Assembly (NCBI GenBank): GCA_029555085.1
Contig: JAKPTO010000014.1
Location: 567-64,566, forward strand
Length of the DNA stretch: 64,000 nt
DNA from: a bacterium
GTDB taxonomy: Bacteria; Patescibacteriota; Patescibacteriia; UBA1558; S5-K13
Reading direction: 5' to 3'
The translations under genes and the position numbers were made by a program. The notes beneath the pieces were generated by a model. It worked only from the letters and a program-made list of their open reading frames with translations, was not told the origin of the DNA and did no database searches. Shown one piece after another: positions 47,811 through 56,574 of this stretch. The first letter of the stretch is position 1. Each line of letters opens with the position of its first letter.

Positions 47811-49283
47811 TTATGAGATATTATCAGCTTGAGATTTATTTTTTTTTAAGAATATACTCAATATGGTTTGTGTATCTGTTTTATCTAGTATTTTGAGTAA
47901 TAATATTGACAAAATGTATGAAAATATGCCAAAAATAATAGCAACTATAAGGTTTATGGTTTTGTTTGTAAATATAACCACTATATACATAATTCCACAA
48001 GCTAAAAGTATTTTTACAAAGTTTATTATTAATTCTCTGCTTTTATATTCTATTTTTCTAATTGAACTATTAATATTTAATACCAAATATAAAATAGATG
48101 ATAAAACAGAGGCAATAGCAGCTCCATTTTGGGCATAAATAGGAATTAATATAAAGTTTAAAATTATGCTTGTAATCATCATTATGCCGATATTTTTTGT
48201 ATGAATTTTTTGTAAGTTGCAAGCATTTAAAAATGCTCCAGTTGGGAATGTTAAAAATATAAATGGTAAATTGAGTATTAATATTTTTAAAGTTAACACT
48301 GAATCAAGAAAGTCTTTCCCATAAATTTTCAGTATTACCGGATACGCTACTGCAATAATTCCAAAACTAATGGACATACTTATCAGGAGTAAATATTTTA
48401 AACTTTTATTGAAAATACTGTATAATTTTTCTTTTTCATAGTTGTAAAAATGTGTAAAAGCTGGATAGAGAGACGCTGAAAAAGCCATTGGTATAAATTG
48501 AAATGCAAATGTTATTTTATATGCTAATGCATAACAACCAAGAGCTTTTTGTGTGGACATTTTTGAAAGTATGACTGAATCAATATTCCCAGAAATTCTT
48601 GTAAATATGGAAGATATTGCAAAAGGAAAAGCTGCAATTAAAAGTATTTTTATAAATTTTTTATCAAAACTTGCCTTAATCGACAGCTTATATTTAGAAG
48701 AAATAATAAAAGATGAATAAATAAGATTAATAGTACTCGCAAATAGTAAAGCAAAGAGCAAAGTAAATGGATCTTTTGTGGTTTGAAGTATTACATAACC
48801 AATAAATGCAACTATTATTTGAAATGCGACAGAAGAAATGCTTTCATATTTTAAATTATGCTTTCCGCGTAGAATAGCAAAAAACAATGAAGTAAAATTA
48901 TCTAGAATCATTATAAGAGATGAGAGTAAGATCATTTTTATTAGATAGTTTGAGTATCCTAAAATTTTAGAAGTAAATATTATTATAATAAATACAAAAA
49001 CAGAGTTTAGTAGTTTAATTCCCATTGCATTTGAAAGAAGTTTTTGATCTGATTCTTGATTTTTGGCAATTTCTCTATTTATTAAATTTGCAAGTCCAAA
49101 ATCTACAAAAACGGAAAATATTGTTGAAAAAGAAAGTGCAAAAAAATATTGAGCTGTATTTTCTGCACCTAATTGAGTTGCGAGATATGAAAAATATATA
49201 AATGAAATTATTTTTTGTAAAATAAGAGCACCGGTAAAATATCCGGTGTTTTTTACTATTTTATTTGACGGTGATTTATCCAT
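47811..49283 (-). CDS. MOP-superfamily polysaccharide/oligosaccharide flippase (Wzx-like)
   Basis: 490 aa; 12-14 TM; typical Wzx/MATE-like topology. Confidence 0.6.
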   Translation of the reverse strand: MDKSPSNKIVKNTGYFTGALILQKIISFIYFSYLATQLGAENTAQYFFALSFSTIFSVFVDFGLANLINREIAKNQESDQKLLSNAMGIKLLNSVFVFIIIIFTSKILGYSNYLIKMILLSSLIMILDNFTSLFFAILRGKHNLKYESISSVAFQIIVAFIGYVILQTTKDPFTLLFALLFASTINLIYSSFIISSKYKLSIKASFDKKFIKILLIAAFPFAISSIFTRISGNIDSVILSKMSTQKALGCYALAYKITFAFQFIPMAFSASLYPAFTHFYNYEKEKLYSIFNKSLKYLLLISMSISFGIIAVAYPVILKIYGKDFLDSVLTLKILILNLPFIFLTFPTGAFLNACNLQKIHTKNIGIMMITSIILNFILIPIYAQNGAAIASVLSSILYLVLNINSSIRKIEYKSRELIINFVKILLACGIMYIVVIFTNKTINLIVAIIFGIFSYILSILLLKILDKTDTQTILSIFLKKNKSQADNIS

Positions 49284-49368
49284 AGATATTATTTTATACT
49301 AAAAACAGTATAAATAAAAGACCCATCTAATGAAGGATCTTTTATAATTATATCGAATAAGTTTAAAA

Positions 49369-49770
49369 TTAACGTTTTGACCACTGTGGTGCTCTTCTTG
49401 CTTTCTTTAATCCTGGTTTTTTTCTTTCTTTTGAGCGAGGATCTCTTGTTAACAAACCTGCACTTTTCAATGTTTTTTTGTATTCCGGATCAATTTTTAT
49501 TAAAGATCTAGCAATTGCTAATCTTATTGATTCTGCTTGAGATTTTATGCCACCACCACTTGTTTTGATTGTGATTCTATATTTTCCAATGAGGTTTAAT
49601 ACTTTTAATGATTCTAGAGCTAAGTCAACAAGATTTTTATTTTTAAAATACTCATTTAAAGATTTGTCATTAACAGTTATTTCCCCTTTTTCTTGGTATA
49701 ATCTAACACTGCAGGTTGCTTCTTTTCTTCTCCCTATGCCGTATTGATATTGTTCTTTATTTGTTGCCAT
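49369..49770 (-). CDS. rpsI: 30S ribosomal protein S9
   Basis: C-terminus ...RDPRSKERKKPGLKKARRAPQWSKR. Confidence 0.9.
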   Translation of the reverse strand: MATNKEQYQYGIGRRKEATCSVRLYQEKGEITVNDKSLNEYFKNKNLVDLALESLKVLNLIGKYRITIKTSGGGIKSQAESIRLAIARSLIKIDPEYKKTLKSAGLLTRDPRSKERKKPGLKKARRAPQWSKR

Positions 49771-49784
49771 ATTTAATTAAGATA

Positions 49785-50144
49785 TTAATTTTTAAAGTGT
49801 AATCTTTTTATCATTTGATCTCTTAGTTTATTTTTTGGTAGCATTCTATATACTGCTTTTGTCAATACCCAGTCAGCTTTTTGTGGGAAAATATTTTTTA
49901 ATTGAGTAGTTTTTAAATGTCCAATGTATGGAGTTGGTCTTTGGTAAAGTTTTTGTTCTATTTTTTTACCAGATAATTTCATTTTTGAAACATTTAAAAC
50001 ATCAACAGAACCACCCATATCTATATTTGGTTTGTAATCAACTCTTGTTTTACCCATAAGATGCATGGCGATTTGAGTTGCAATTCTTCCCATTATTTTA
50101 TCTGTCGCATCTATTGTTAATTTTTCTCTTTTTATAGAACTCAT
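49785..50144 (-). CDS. rplM: 50S ribosomal protein L13
   Basis: LTIDATDKIMGRIATQIAMHLMGK matches L13 N-terminal signature. Confidence 0.85.
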   Translation of the reverse strand: MSSIKREKLTIDATDKIMGRIATQIAMHLMGKTRVDYKPNIDMGGSVDVLNVSKMKLSGKKIEQKLYQRPTPYIGHLKTTQLKNIFPQKADWVLTKAVYRMLPKNKLRDQMIKRLHFKN

Positions 50145-50149
50145 ATAAT

Positions 50150-50503
50150 TTATTTAGTAAATGTTATATATACCATTTCTGCTCCATCTCCTTTTCTTTC
50201 TCCTGATTTTGTAATTTTTAGATATCCGCCTTTTGTTTCTTTAAATTTTGGACCCCATATTTCAAGTAATTTTTTTACAGCTTTTACTGAGTTTAATTTT
50301 GTTATTAAATATCTTCTGGTTGCTACATCATTTTTAGCTGATTTTGTTATTAGTTTTTCTACATACGGTTTTATAACTTTTGCTTTTGCAGATGTTGTTT
50401 TTACTTTTTCAAATAAAATAACTTGACCAGCTAAATTTTTTATTAATGCTGTTCTTGGTCCTTTTTTTCTGTCTAATATTTTGTTCTTATTCTGATGTCG
50501 CAT
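50150..50503 (-). CDS. rplQ: 50S ribosomal protein L17
   Basis: MRHQNKNKILDRKKGPRTALIKNLAGQVI... matches L17. Confidence 0.85.
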   Translation of the reverse strand: MRHQNKNKILDRKKGPRTALIKNLAGQVILFEKVKTTSAKAKVIKPYVEKLITKSAKNDVATRRYLITKLNSVKAVKKLLEIWGPKFKETKGGYLKITKSGERKGDGAEMVYITFTK

Positions 50504-50570
50504 ATTATTAACTTTTAGTATTTAGTTTTTCAGCTATTAACCACAAAGAGCTGATAACTGATAATTGTCT

Positions 50571-51377
50571 TTATTTTTTAGATTTTTTCTCCTTTTTCTC
50601 TTTTTTTTCTTTCGTTGATTTTTCTTTTTTATCAACTTTTTCTTTTTTTTCTTCTTCTTGTTCTTCTTCTTGTTTTTCATCTTCCTGATTATAATCTTCT
50701 CCAGATAATAATGATAAATGATCAATTAATATTTTGCTAGCATTTTCAAAAGCTTCTCTTGGGGAAATAGTTCCATCTGTTTCAACTTTCATAATTAATT
50801 TCTCATAATTTGTAATTTTTCCTACTCTTACGGCTTCTATATTAAAACTTACATTAACAATTGGAGTAAATAATGAATCAATGCTAATTTCATCTACAGC
50901 TATGTCTTCGTTTGTTTTTTCTTCTACGGTTACATACCCCTTACCACGTTTTACTGTAAATTCTATTTCAATATCCGCATTTTTATCTGTCAAATGACCC
51001 AAAACAAGTTCTGGATTTACAATTTCAGCTTGGGCATTTTTTTCTATATCGCCAGCAGTAATTTTTTTCTCTCCTTTAGCTTTCAATATTAATTGAACAG
51101 GTTCTTCTTGATACATTTTTATTCTAATTTTTTTGATATTTAAAATTAGATCAACTATATCTTCTTTTAAATGTGGTAAAGAAGAAAATTCATGCTTGAC
51201 GCCTTTGATTTTAATTTTTGTTATAGCTGCTCCAGTAAGAGATGATAAAAGTACTCTCCTTAATGGATTTGCAATTGTAATTCCATAACCTGGAAAAAGA
51301 GGCTCTATGGTAATTTGAGTTTGGTTCTTTTTTACCTCTTTATATTCTATGTTGTTTGGTAAGGGAATTTTTTCCAT
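50571..51377 (-). CDS. rpoA: DNA-directed RNA polymerase alpha subunit, NTD only (no alpha-CTD; Glu/Lys-rich tail)
   Basis: 268 aa; ITIEPLFPGYGITIANPLRRVLLSSLTGAAI NTD signature; after ~aa 226 only EDEKQEEEQEEEKKEK... low-complexity tail; only 67 nt to next gene. Confidence 0.8.
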   Translation of the reverse strand: MEKIPLPNNIEYKEVKKNQTQITIEPLFPGYGITIANPLRRVLLSSLTGAAITKIKIKGVKHEFSSLPHLKEDIVDLILNIKKIRIKMYQEEPVQLILKAKGEKKITAGDIEKNAQAEIVNPELVLGHLTDKNADIEIEFTVKRGKGYVTVEEKTNEDIAVDEISIDSLFTPIVNVSFNIEAVRVGKITNYEKLIMKVETDGTISPREAFENASKILIDHLSLLSGEDYNQEDEKQEEEQEEEKKEKVDKKEKSTKEKKEKKEKKSKK

Positions 51378-51404
51378 TTTGATTTTTTGTTAAATTTATA
51401 AAGC

Positions 51405-52037
51405 TTATCTTGAGTAGAACCCAATGATAAGAGATGAATCAATAAAGTTGGCAACATCTTCAACATTTGGCTCTGCGGTTATTTGTGCTGTGAGATTTTT
51501 ATTGTCTAATGCAAGCCAAGTAGGTATGTCTTTTTCATTTTTGATTGCTTCTTTTATTTTTTCCCAATATTTACTTTTTGATTTAGTTTCTTTTACTTTT
51601 ATTTGATCTCCTAATTTTGTTGTGTAGGAGGCTATATTTACTGTGCGTCCATTTATTGTAAATTGAGAATGTGATATTAATTGTCTAGCTGCAATTCTAG
51701 ATGGAGCTAATTTTAATCTATAAATTACATTATCAAATCTTTTTTCAAGCAATGCCAACATTGTTTTACCAGCGTCTTTTTTATTTTTCATTGCTTTTTT
51801 TGCTAAATTATAAAACTGTGCTTCAAGCATTCCATAGATTCTTTTAGCTTTTTGTTTTTCTCTAAGTTGTTTTCCATATGCTGATAGTTTTGTCATGGCT
51901 CTTTTTGGACCATGAACTCCAGGTTTATAATTCTTTTTTATCATTGCACATTTAGCGCTTTTACATCTTTCTCCCTTTAGAAAAAGTTTTGCACCTTCTC
52001 TTCTACATTGTTTACATTTTGAACTGACTTTTCTCAT
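51405..52037 (-). CDS. rpsD: 30S ribosomal protein S4
   Basis: CKQCRREGAKLFLKGERC zinc-ribbon N-terminus of S4. Confidence 0.9.
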   Translation of the reverse strand: MRKVSSKCKQCRREGAKLFLKGERCKSAKCAMIKKNYKPGVHGPKRAMTKLSAYGKQLREKQKAKRIYGMLEAQFYNLAKKAMKNKKDAGKTMLALLEKRFDNVIYRLKLAPSRIAARQLISHSQFTINGRTVNIASYTTKLGDQIKVKETKSKSKYWEKIKEAIKNEKDIPTWLALDNKNLTAQITAEPNVEDVANFIDSSLIIGFYSR

Positions 52038-52062
52038 ATAAAATAAATTTATTTAATTAAAA

Positions 52063-52494
52063 TTAGACCCTTCTTGGTTTTGGTGCACGACAACCATTAT
52101 GTGGTATTGGTGTTACATCCTTTATTGAAATGATATTTAATCCCCCAGAATGTATGCCTCTTATTGAAGCGTCGCGTCCAGCACCGACTCCTTTTACAAA
52201 AACATCAACATCTTCAAGTCCGTAAACCTTAGCTTTTGTTACGGCATCTTTTGCAATTACTTCAGCAGCATAGGGAGTTGCTTTTTTAGGTCCTTTAAAT
52301 CCCATAATTCCAGCTGAACTCCAAGATAAAACATTACCATTATGATCAGTAAGGGTTATTATTGTATTATTATAGGTAGCGCTTATATATGCTCTTCCTC
52401 TTTTTACGCTAATTTTCTTTTTTTTCTTTGATTTTATTGCTTTTTTACCTGCCATATTATTTAATCGATTGTATGTTGCTAGATTAACTTCCAA
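52063..52494 (-). CDS. rpsK: 30S ribosomal protein S11
   Basis: ...GGLNIISIKDVTPIPHNGCRAPKPRRV. Confidence 0.9.
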   Translation of the reverse strand: MEVNLATYNRLNNMAGKKAIKSKKKKKISVKRGRAYISATYNNTIITLTDHNGNVLSWSSAGIMGFKGPKKATPYAAEVIAKDAVTKAKVYGLEDVDVFVKGVGAGRDASIRGIHSGGLNIISIKDVTPIPHNGCRAPKPRRV

Positions 52495-52522
52495 GAGTTA
52501 ATTATTGCAAATTAATTATTGA

Positions 52523-52912
52523 TTAAGTTTTTTGTGCTGCTGGTTTTCTACCTGAACCAGCTGATATACGTTTATTTCCCCTTACTGTGCGTGAATTTGT
52601 TTTTGTTCTTTGACCACGAGTTGGTAAATTTTTTGCATGTCTTGAGCCCCTGTATGATTTTATATCTTTTAATCTTTTGATATTCATAAGAATTTCTCTT
52701 CTTAGATCACCCTCTACTCTTAACTTTTTTTCTATGATAGCTCTTAATTTATTTAAATCTTCTTCTGATAAATCTTTTACTCTTGTGTCTGGATTAATTT
52801 TTGTTTCTTTTAATATTTTATTAGCTGTATTTTTACCTATACCATAAATATAAGTAAGAGATATCTCTATTCTTTTTTCCTGTGGTATATTTACTCCCGC
52901 TATTCTAGCCAT
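52523..52912 (-). CDS. rpsM: 30S ribosomal protein S13
   Basis: [26 protein letters not shown]. Confidence 0.9.
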   Translation of the reverse strand: MARIAGVNIPQEKRIEISLTYIYGIGKNTANKILKETKINPDTRVKDLSEEDLNKLRAIIEKKLRVEGDLRREILMNIKRLKDIKSYRGSRHAKNLPTRGQRTKTNSRTVRGNKRISAGSGRKPAAQKT

Positions 52913-52993
52913 AATGTTAATTTTTAAGTTCGAAGTTTGAAGTGTGAATTTTATAACTTTATACTTTGAACTTTATTCTTAATTGCTTAATTT

Positions 52994-53107
52994 TTAACCT
53001 TGTCTTTGTTTGTGCTTTGGATTTTTACAAATACATCTAAGTCGGCCATTTCTTCTAATCACCTTACAATCCCTACATATTTTTTTTACTGATGGTCTTA
53101 CTTTCAT
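52994..53107 (-). CDS. rpmJ: 50S ribosomal protein L36
   Basis: Not in ORF track (37 aa); manual translation [37 protein letters not shown]. Confidence 0.85.
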   Translation of the reverse strand: MKVRPSVKKICRDCKVIRRNGRLRCICKNPKHKQRQG

Positions 53108-53270
53108 ATTTTTACATTTCGAACTCAATGAGGTTTAAGTCAATTAGCTCGATATAATTTTTTGTTAATTAAATAACTCTGGATAATTGATTATCTTTTA
53201 TAATATAATACTCAATTATACTAAGTTATTAAGGCTGAAATATTTAGTTTTCAAACCTCATATTTCAGAC

Positions 53271-53519
53271 TTAATATCTATAAGTTATTCTTCCGTGATT
53301 TAAATCATATGGAGTCATTTCTATTTTTACTTTGTCTCCGGGAAGAAGTCTTATTTTAAACATACGCATTTTGCCAGATAAATATGCTATTATTTCATGA
53401 CCATTATCTAACTGCACTTTAAACTGAGTTGCTGGCAACGCCTCTGTGACAACTCCATCTACTTCTATAAATTCTTTATTAATGTTTTTTTCTTTTTTGT
53501 TTTTCATAAATAACCTCAC
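53271..53519 (-). CDS. infA: translation initiation factor IF-1
   Basis: ...[43 protein letters not shown]. Confidence 0.85.
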   Translation of the reverse strand: MRLFMKNKKEKNINKEFIEVDGVVTEALPATQFKVQLDNGHEIIAYLSGKMRMFKIRLLPGDKVKIEMTPYDLNHGRITYRY

Positions 53520-53682
53520 TCAATTATTTAAGTGAGCTATATTAATTTATTCTATTTTTGTTAATTTGTCAAATAAAACAAACAATATAAAAGCTTATAT
53601 TATTTAAGTAAATTATAGCTTTTTTGAAAAATTTGTCAATAGTGATTTATATACATTAATGGCAATTTTTATCTGAAACAAA

Positions 53683-55905
53683 TTATTCTAAAAATCCTTC
53701 TTGAATTTTATCAAGGTTTGCGTTTGTTATCCCAAGGGAAAGTTTGGTGAATAAATCCATTAAATTATCCCATGTTACTTCGTGTTTCATACCTTTTAAA
53801 TCTATATACCATATTCTTCCTTTATCTTCTACTTGTAAAAGTAATTTGCCTTTTAATCTATTTCCTAGGGTTGTATATTTATTCTCTGATATTTGATTTA
53901 AATCTTTATTGGATATTCCTAAGGATAGTTTTTCAAATAAAGGAAGCGCATTAGCAAATGTTACTTCATATCTTTTTGAATCACCTGGATTTACATACCA
54001 TATTCTTCCTTTGTCTTCTACTTGTAATAAAAGTTTTCCCATTAATTTTGTTGCTAGTTTTTTGTCATAAACTTGATTAACTTGATTAACTGGTTTTGTA
54101 ACGGAAATATCTTCATGGTCATAATTTACAATGTTTGGCGTATCTGTTAGTGAAAAGCTTTTTACCATTTCATTAAATTCTTTTTTAGCATTGTTTATTT
54201 TTGTAGTATCATTTTCTTGTAGAGTAAGAGATATATTAATATATGCATTTTGTATTTTTATAAAATAATTTATACTATGGATAATTTTTTTCTTTTCGCT
54301 TGGTTTGTATATTTCTGATTCGAGCATTATAGCATCTTTTATTTCATTGTTTATACTATAATGAGCATTTGAATTTATTATTTTAAATTCAATATCAAGA
54401 TATGTACCCATTTGGTTAGATGTTTGTATCATTTGTTTTATGTTGTCTAAATATTCTTCATTGCTTAGATTTTCTGAATTATCGTTAGTCTTTTCTATTT
54501 TAATGCCAGCGAAAAAATTATCATTTGTTTTATTTAAAATAACAATTGGCGATGTTTTGGAATTTAATATTGCAATTGGTAAGTTATCTTTTGTTTTTAT
54601 GCTAAAAACGGGATCTTGATTTACATATTCGTATATTTCATTAAAAACTATATCAGAATCTCTAGTAATAAGAGAATTTATCATATTATCAATATTTGTT
54701 TTATCTTTATCATTTTTTCCATAATCATAAGATATTTGAATTAATATATTTTGTACTGGAAAAAGATATATGTTTTCCATTTCATTGTGGCTAGCTCCAT
54801 ATCTAGAGATTAATAATTTTTTACCCCATCTGCCATTGATATTAACATCTTCTATTTTATTAAAATTGACAGCTGTTGGAATAGTTATTGTGCTTTTATA
54901 TATTGATATAGCATGATCTACACTTATAAAATAAGGCATTTTTGACATTTCAAGCTCCAAATAACCAGAATCTTCATCATTTTCATTATATACTGATATT
55001 ATGCTTTCTTGTTCAAATGAAAATACCCAACCTTCGGGTTTTGTTATTATTAAATATGGGTTATTTTCGTTTAAGAAAAACGGAGCTGTTTCTAATATAT
55101 TCTGTCTTTTTATAAAATTCTTAGTTTTATTTAGCAAATGATTATCCTGTGGTGGAAGATTTTTGTTTTGATTTATCCACGAATTCAAAGAATTAATATT
55201 GGTAATATAACCCAAACTTCCAACTAAATCAGAATGGGTGCGACTTGTAATTCCTATAATATTGCCATTTTCATCTATTGCTGCTCCACCAGAATTGCCA
55301 AATGAAATTATTGCATCTGTTTTTATCCAATTTTTTCCATATTTTGATTCCTTACCACTTATGATGCCACTTGTTATTGTTATTGTATCCCCACCTATTG
55401 CTGGATATCCTAGGGCTATTACTTTATCATTTATATTTGTTGTATCAGTTGAATTAAGATTTAAATATGGAAAATTTTTTATTATTGGGCTTAAATTATT
55501 TATGATTTCTATTTTTAAAATAGCGACATCTAAATCTTTATTTCTTGCGATAAGTTTTGCGCTATATTTACAATCAGGTTTATTGTTAATTGTTTGAGGT
55601 ATGCACACTTTATAAGATGTTGGTAATTCACTTTCATCAAATTCATCTTCTTCTGTTACTACATGATAGTTTGTAAGTACAAGACCATTTTTATCTATAA
55701 TAATTCCAGAACCAGATCCACTTGTTGTTAAATAATTATCAGTATCCTCATAAAATGTATAAATTTTTACTATTGCTTTAAATGCGTCTTCTCTGGGTAA
55801 TTCGCTTGGGTCTACAATATATTCCTCTGCTTTTGTGAATTGAAAATTTGCCAATGCTAAAAATATAAACATTGGTAGGATAATCAAAATTTTTATTTTT
55901 TTCAT
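53683..55905 (-). CDS. secreted trypsin-like serine protease (S1C/HtrA-like) with C-terminal tandem-repeat domain
   Basis: 740 aa; signal/TM; TNYHVV (His), DLDVAILKI (Asp), GNSGGAAID (Ser); C-terminal two ~55-aa repeats sharing GKLLLQVEDKGRIWY. Confidence 0.7.
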   Translation of the reverse strand: MKKIKILIILPMFIFLALANFQFTKAEEYIVDPSELPREDAFKAIVKIYTFYEDTDNYLTTSGSGSGIIIDKNGLVLTNYHVVTEEDEFDESELPTSYKVCIPQTINNKPDCKYSAKLIARNKDLDVAILKIEIINNLSPIIKNFPYLNLNSTDTTNINDKVIALGYPAIGGDTITITSGIISGKESKYGKNWIKTDAIISFGNSGGAAIDENGNIIGITSRTHSDLVGSLGYITNINSLNSWINQNKNLPPQDNHLLNKTKNFIKRQNILETAPFFLNENNPYLIITKPEGWVFSFEQESIISVYNENDEDSGYLELEMSKMPYFISVDHAISIYKSTITIPTAVNFNKIEDVNINGRWGKKLLISRYGASHNEMENIYLFPVQNILIQISYDYGKNDKDKTNIDNMINSLITRDSDIVFNEIYEYVNQDPVFSIKTKDNLPIAILNSKTSPIVILNKTNDNFFAGIKIEKTNDNSENLSNEEYLDNIKQMIQTSNQMGTYLDIEFKIINSNAHYSINNEIKDAIMLESEIYKPSEKKKIIHSINYFIKIQNAYINISLTLQENDTTKINNAKKEFNEMVKSFSLTDTPNIVNYDHEDISVTKPVNQVNQVYDKKLATKLMGKLLLQVEDKGRIWYVNPGDSKRYEVTFANALPLFEKLSLGISNKDLNQISENKYTTLGNRLKGKLLLQVEDKGRIWYIDLKGMKHEVTWDNLMDLFTKLSLGITNANLDKIQEGFLE

Positions 55906-55914
55906 TTTTTTATT

Positions 55915-56547
55915 TTAATTTTTAAATTGTATAAAATTCTTCTTCGTTAGTTTCTTTAATTTTGTTAGTTTCTTTAATTTTTTATTTATCTTATTGCGTC
56001 GATAATGTAGGAATACTACTAAACCAATGATCACTATATTTATGAATAAAAACCATATACGTAATTTGGTCTTGGTAAATATTAACAATAGAGAAAATGC
56101 GAATATTAACGGATAGAAAATAAGGGTGAGATATATAGTATTCACTAATTTTGCTGCATTGAGACTATATTCTTCTTTTTTTAATTTTTTTTCTTCTGGT
56201 GTAAGAATTTTTGTAGGCTTCATAATGTTTGCTTTATTTTTTTGATTTTTTGATTTGGGAAAAATAAAAATCGAAATCAAGGATAAAATTCCAAACCAAA
56301 TAAGGGCATTTACGATGCCATTTAATAATAAAAAATCTCCGCCTGCTACAACGCCCGCAATGAATGCTAATATCACAATAATCCATTTTATTATATCGAA
56401 TATTCTTTTTTTACTAGACTTTACTTTATCTTCGTCTGGGTGTTTATTATTTTTCTTTTTTTTAGAGATTTTAGTAATTTCTGTACCGCAATAAGAGCAA
56501 AATTTTGCCTCTTTTAATAATTCTTCTCCGCACTTATGACAAAACAT
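55915..56547 (-). CDS. zinc-ribbon-domain membrane protein
   Basis: 210 aa; N-terminal CHKCGEELLKEAKFCSYCG then 4 TM. Confidence 0.5.
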   Translation of the reverse strand: MFCHKCGEELLKEAKFCSYCGTEITKISKKKKNNKHPDEDKVKSSKKRIFDIIKWIIVILAFIAGVVAGGDFLLLNGIVNALIWFGILSLISIFIFPKSKNQKNKANIMKPTKILTPEEKKLKKEEYSLNAAKLVNTIYLTLIFYPLIFAFSLLLIFTKTKLRIWFLFINIVIIGLVVFLHYRRNKINKKLKKLTKLKKLTKKNFIQFKN

Positions 56548-56574
56548 ATATTTGAATAAAATTGTAAGATTGGT

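Noticed and set aside
50537-50725. 62-aa poly-Lys ORF overlapping the rpoA 3' end
   Set aside because: Alternative frame of the purine-rich simple repeat that encodes the RpoA E/K tail; no independent signals.
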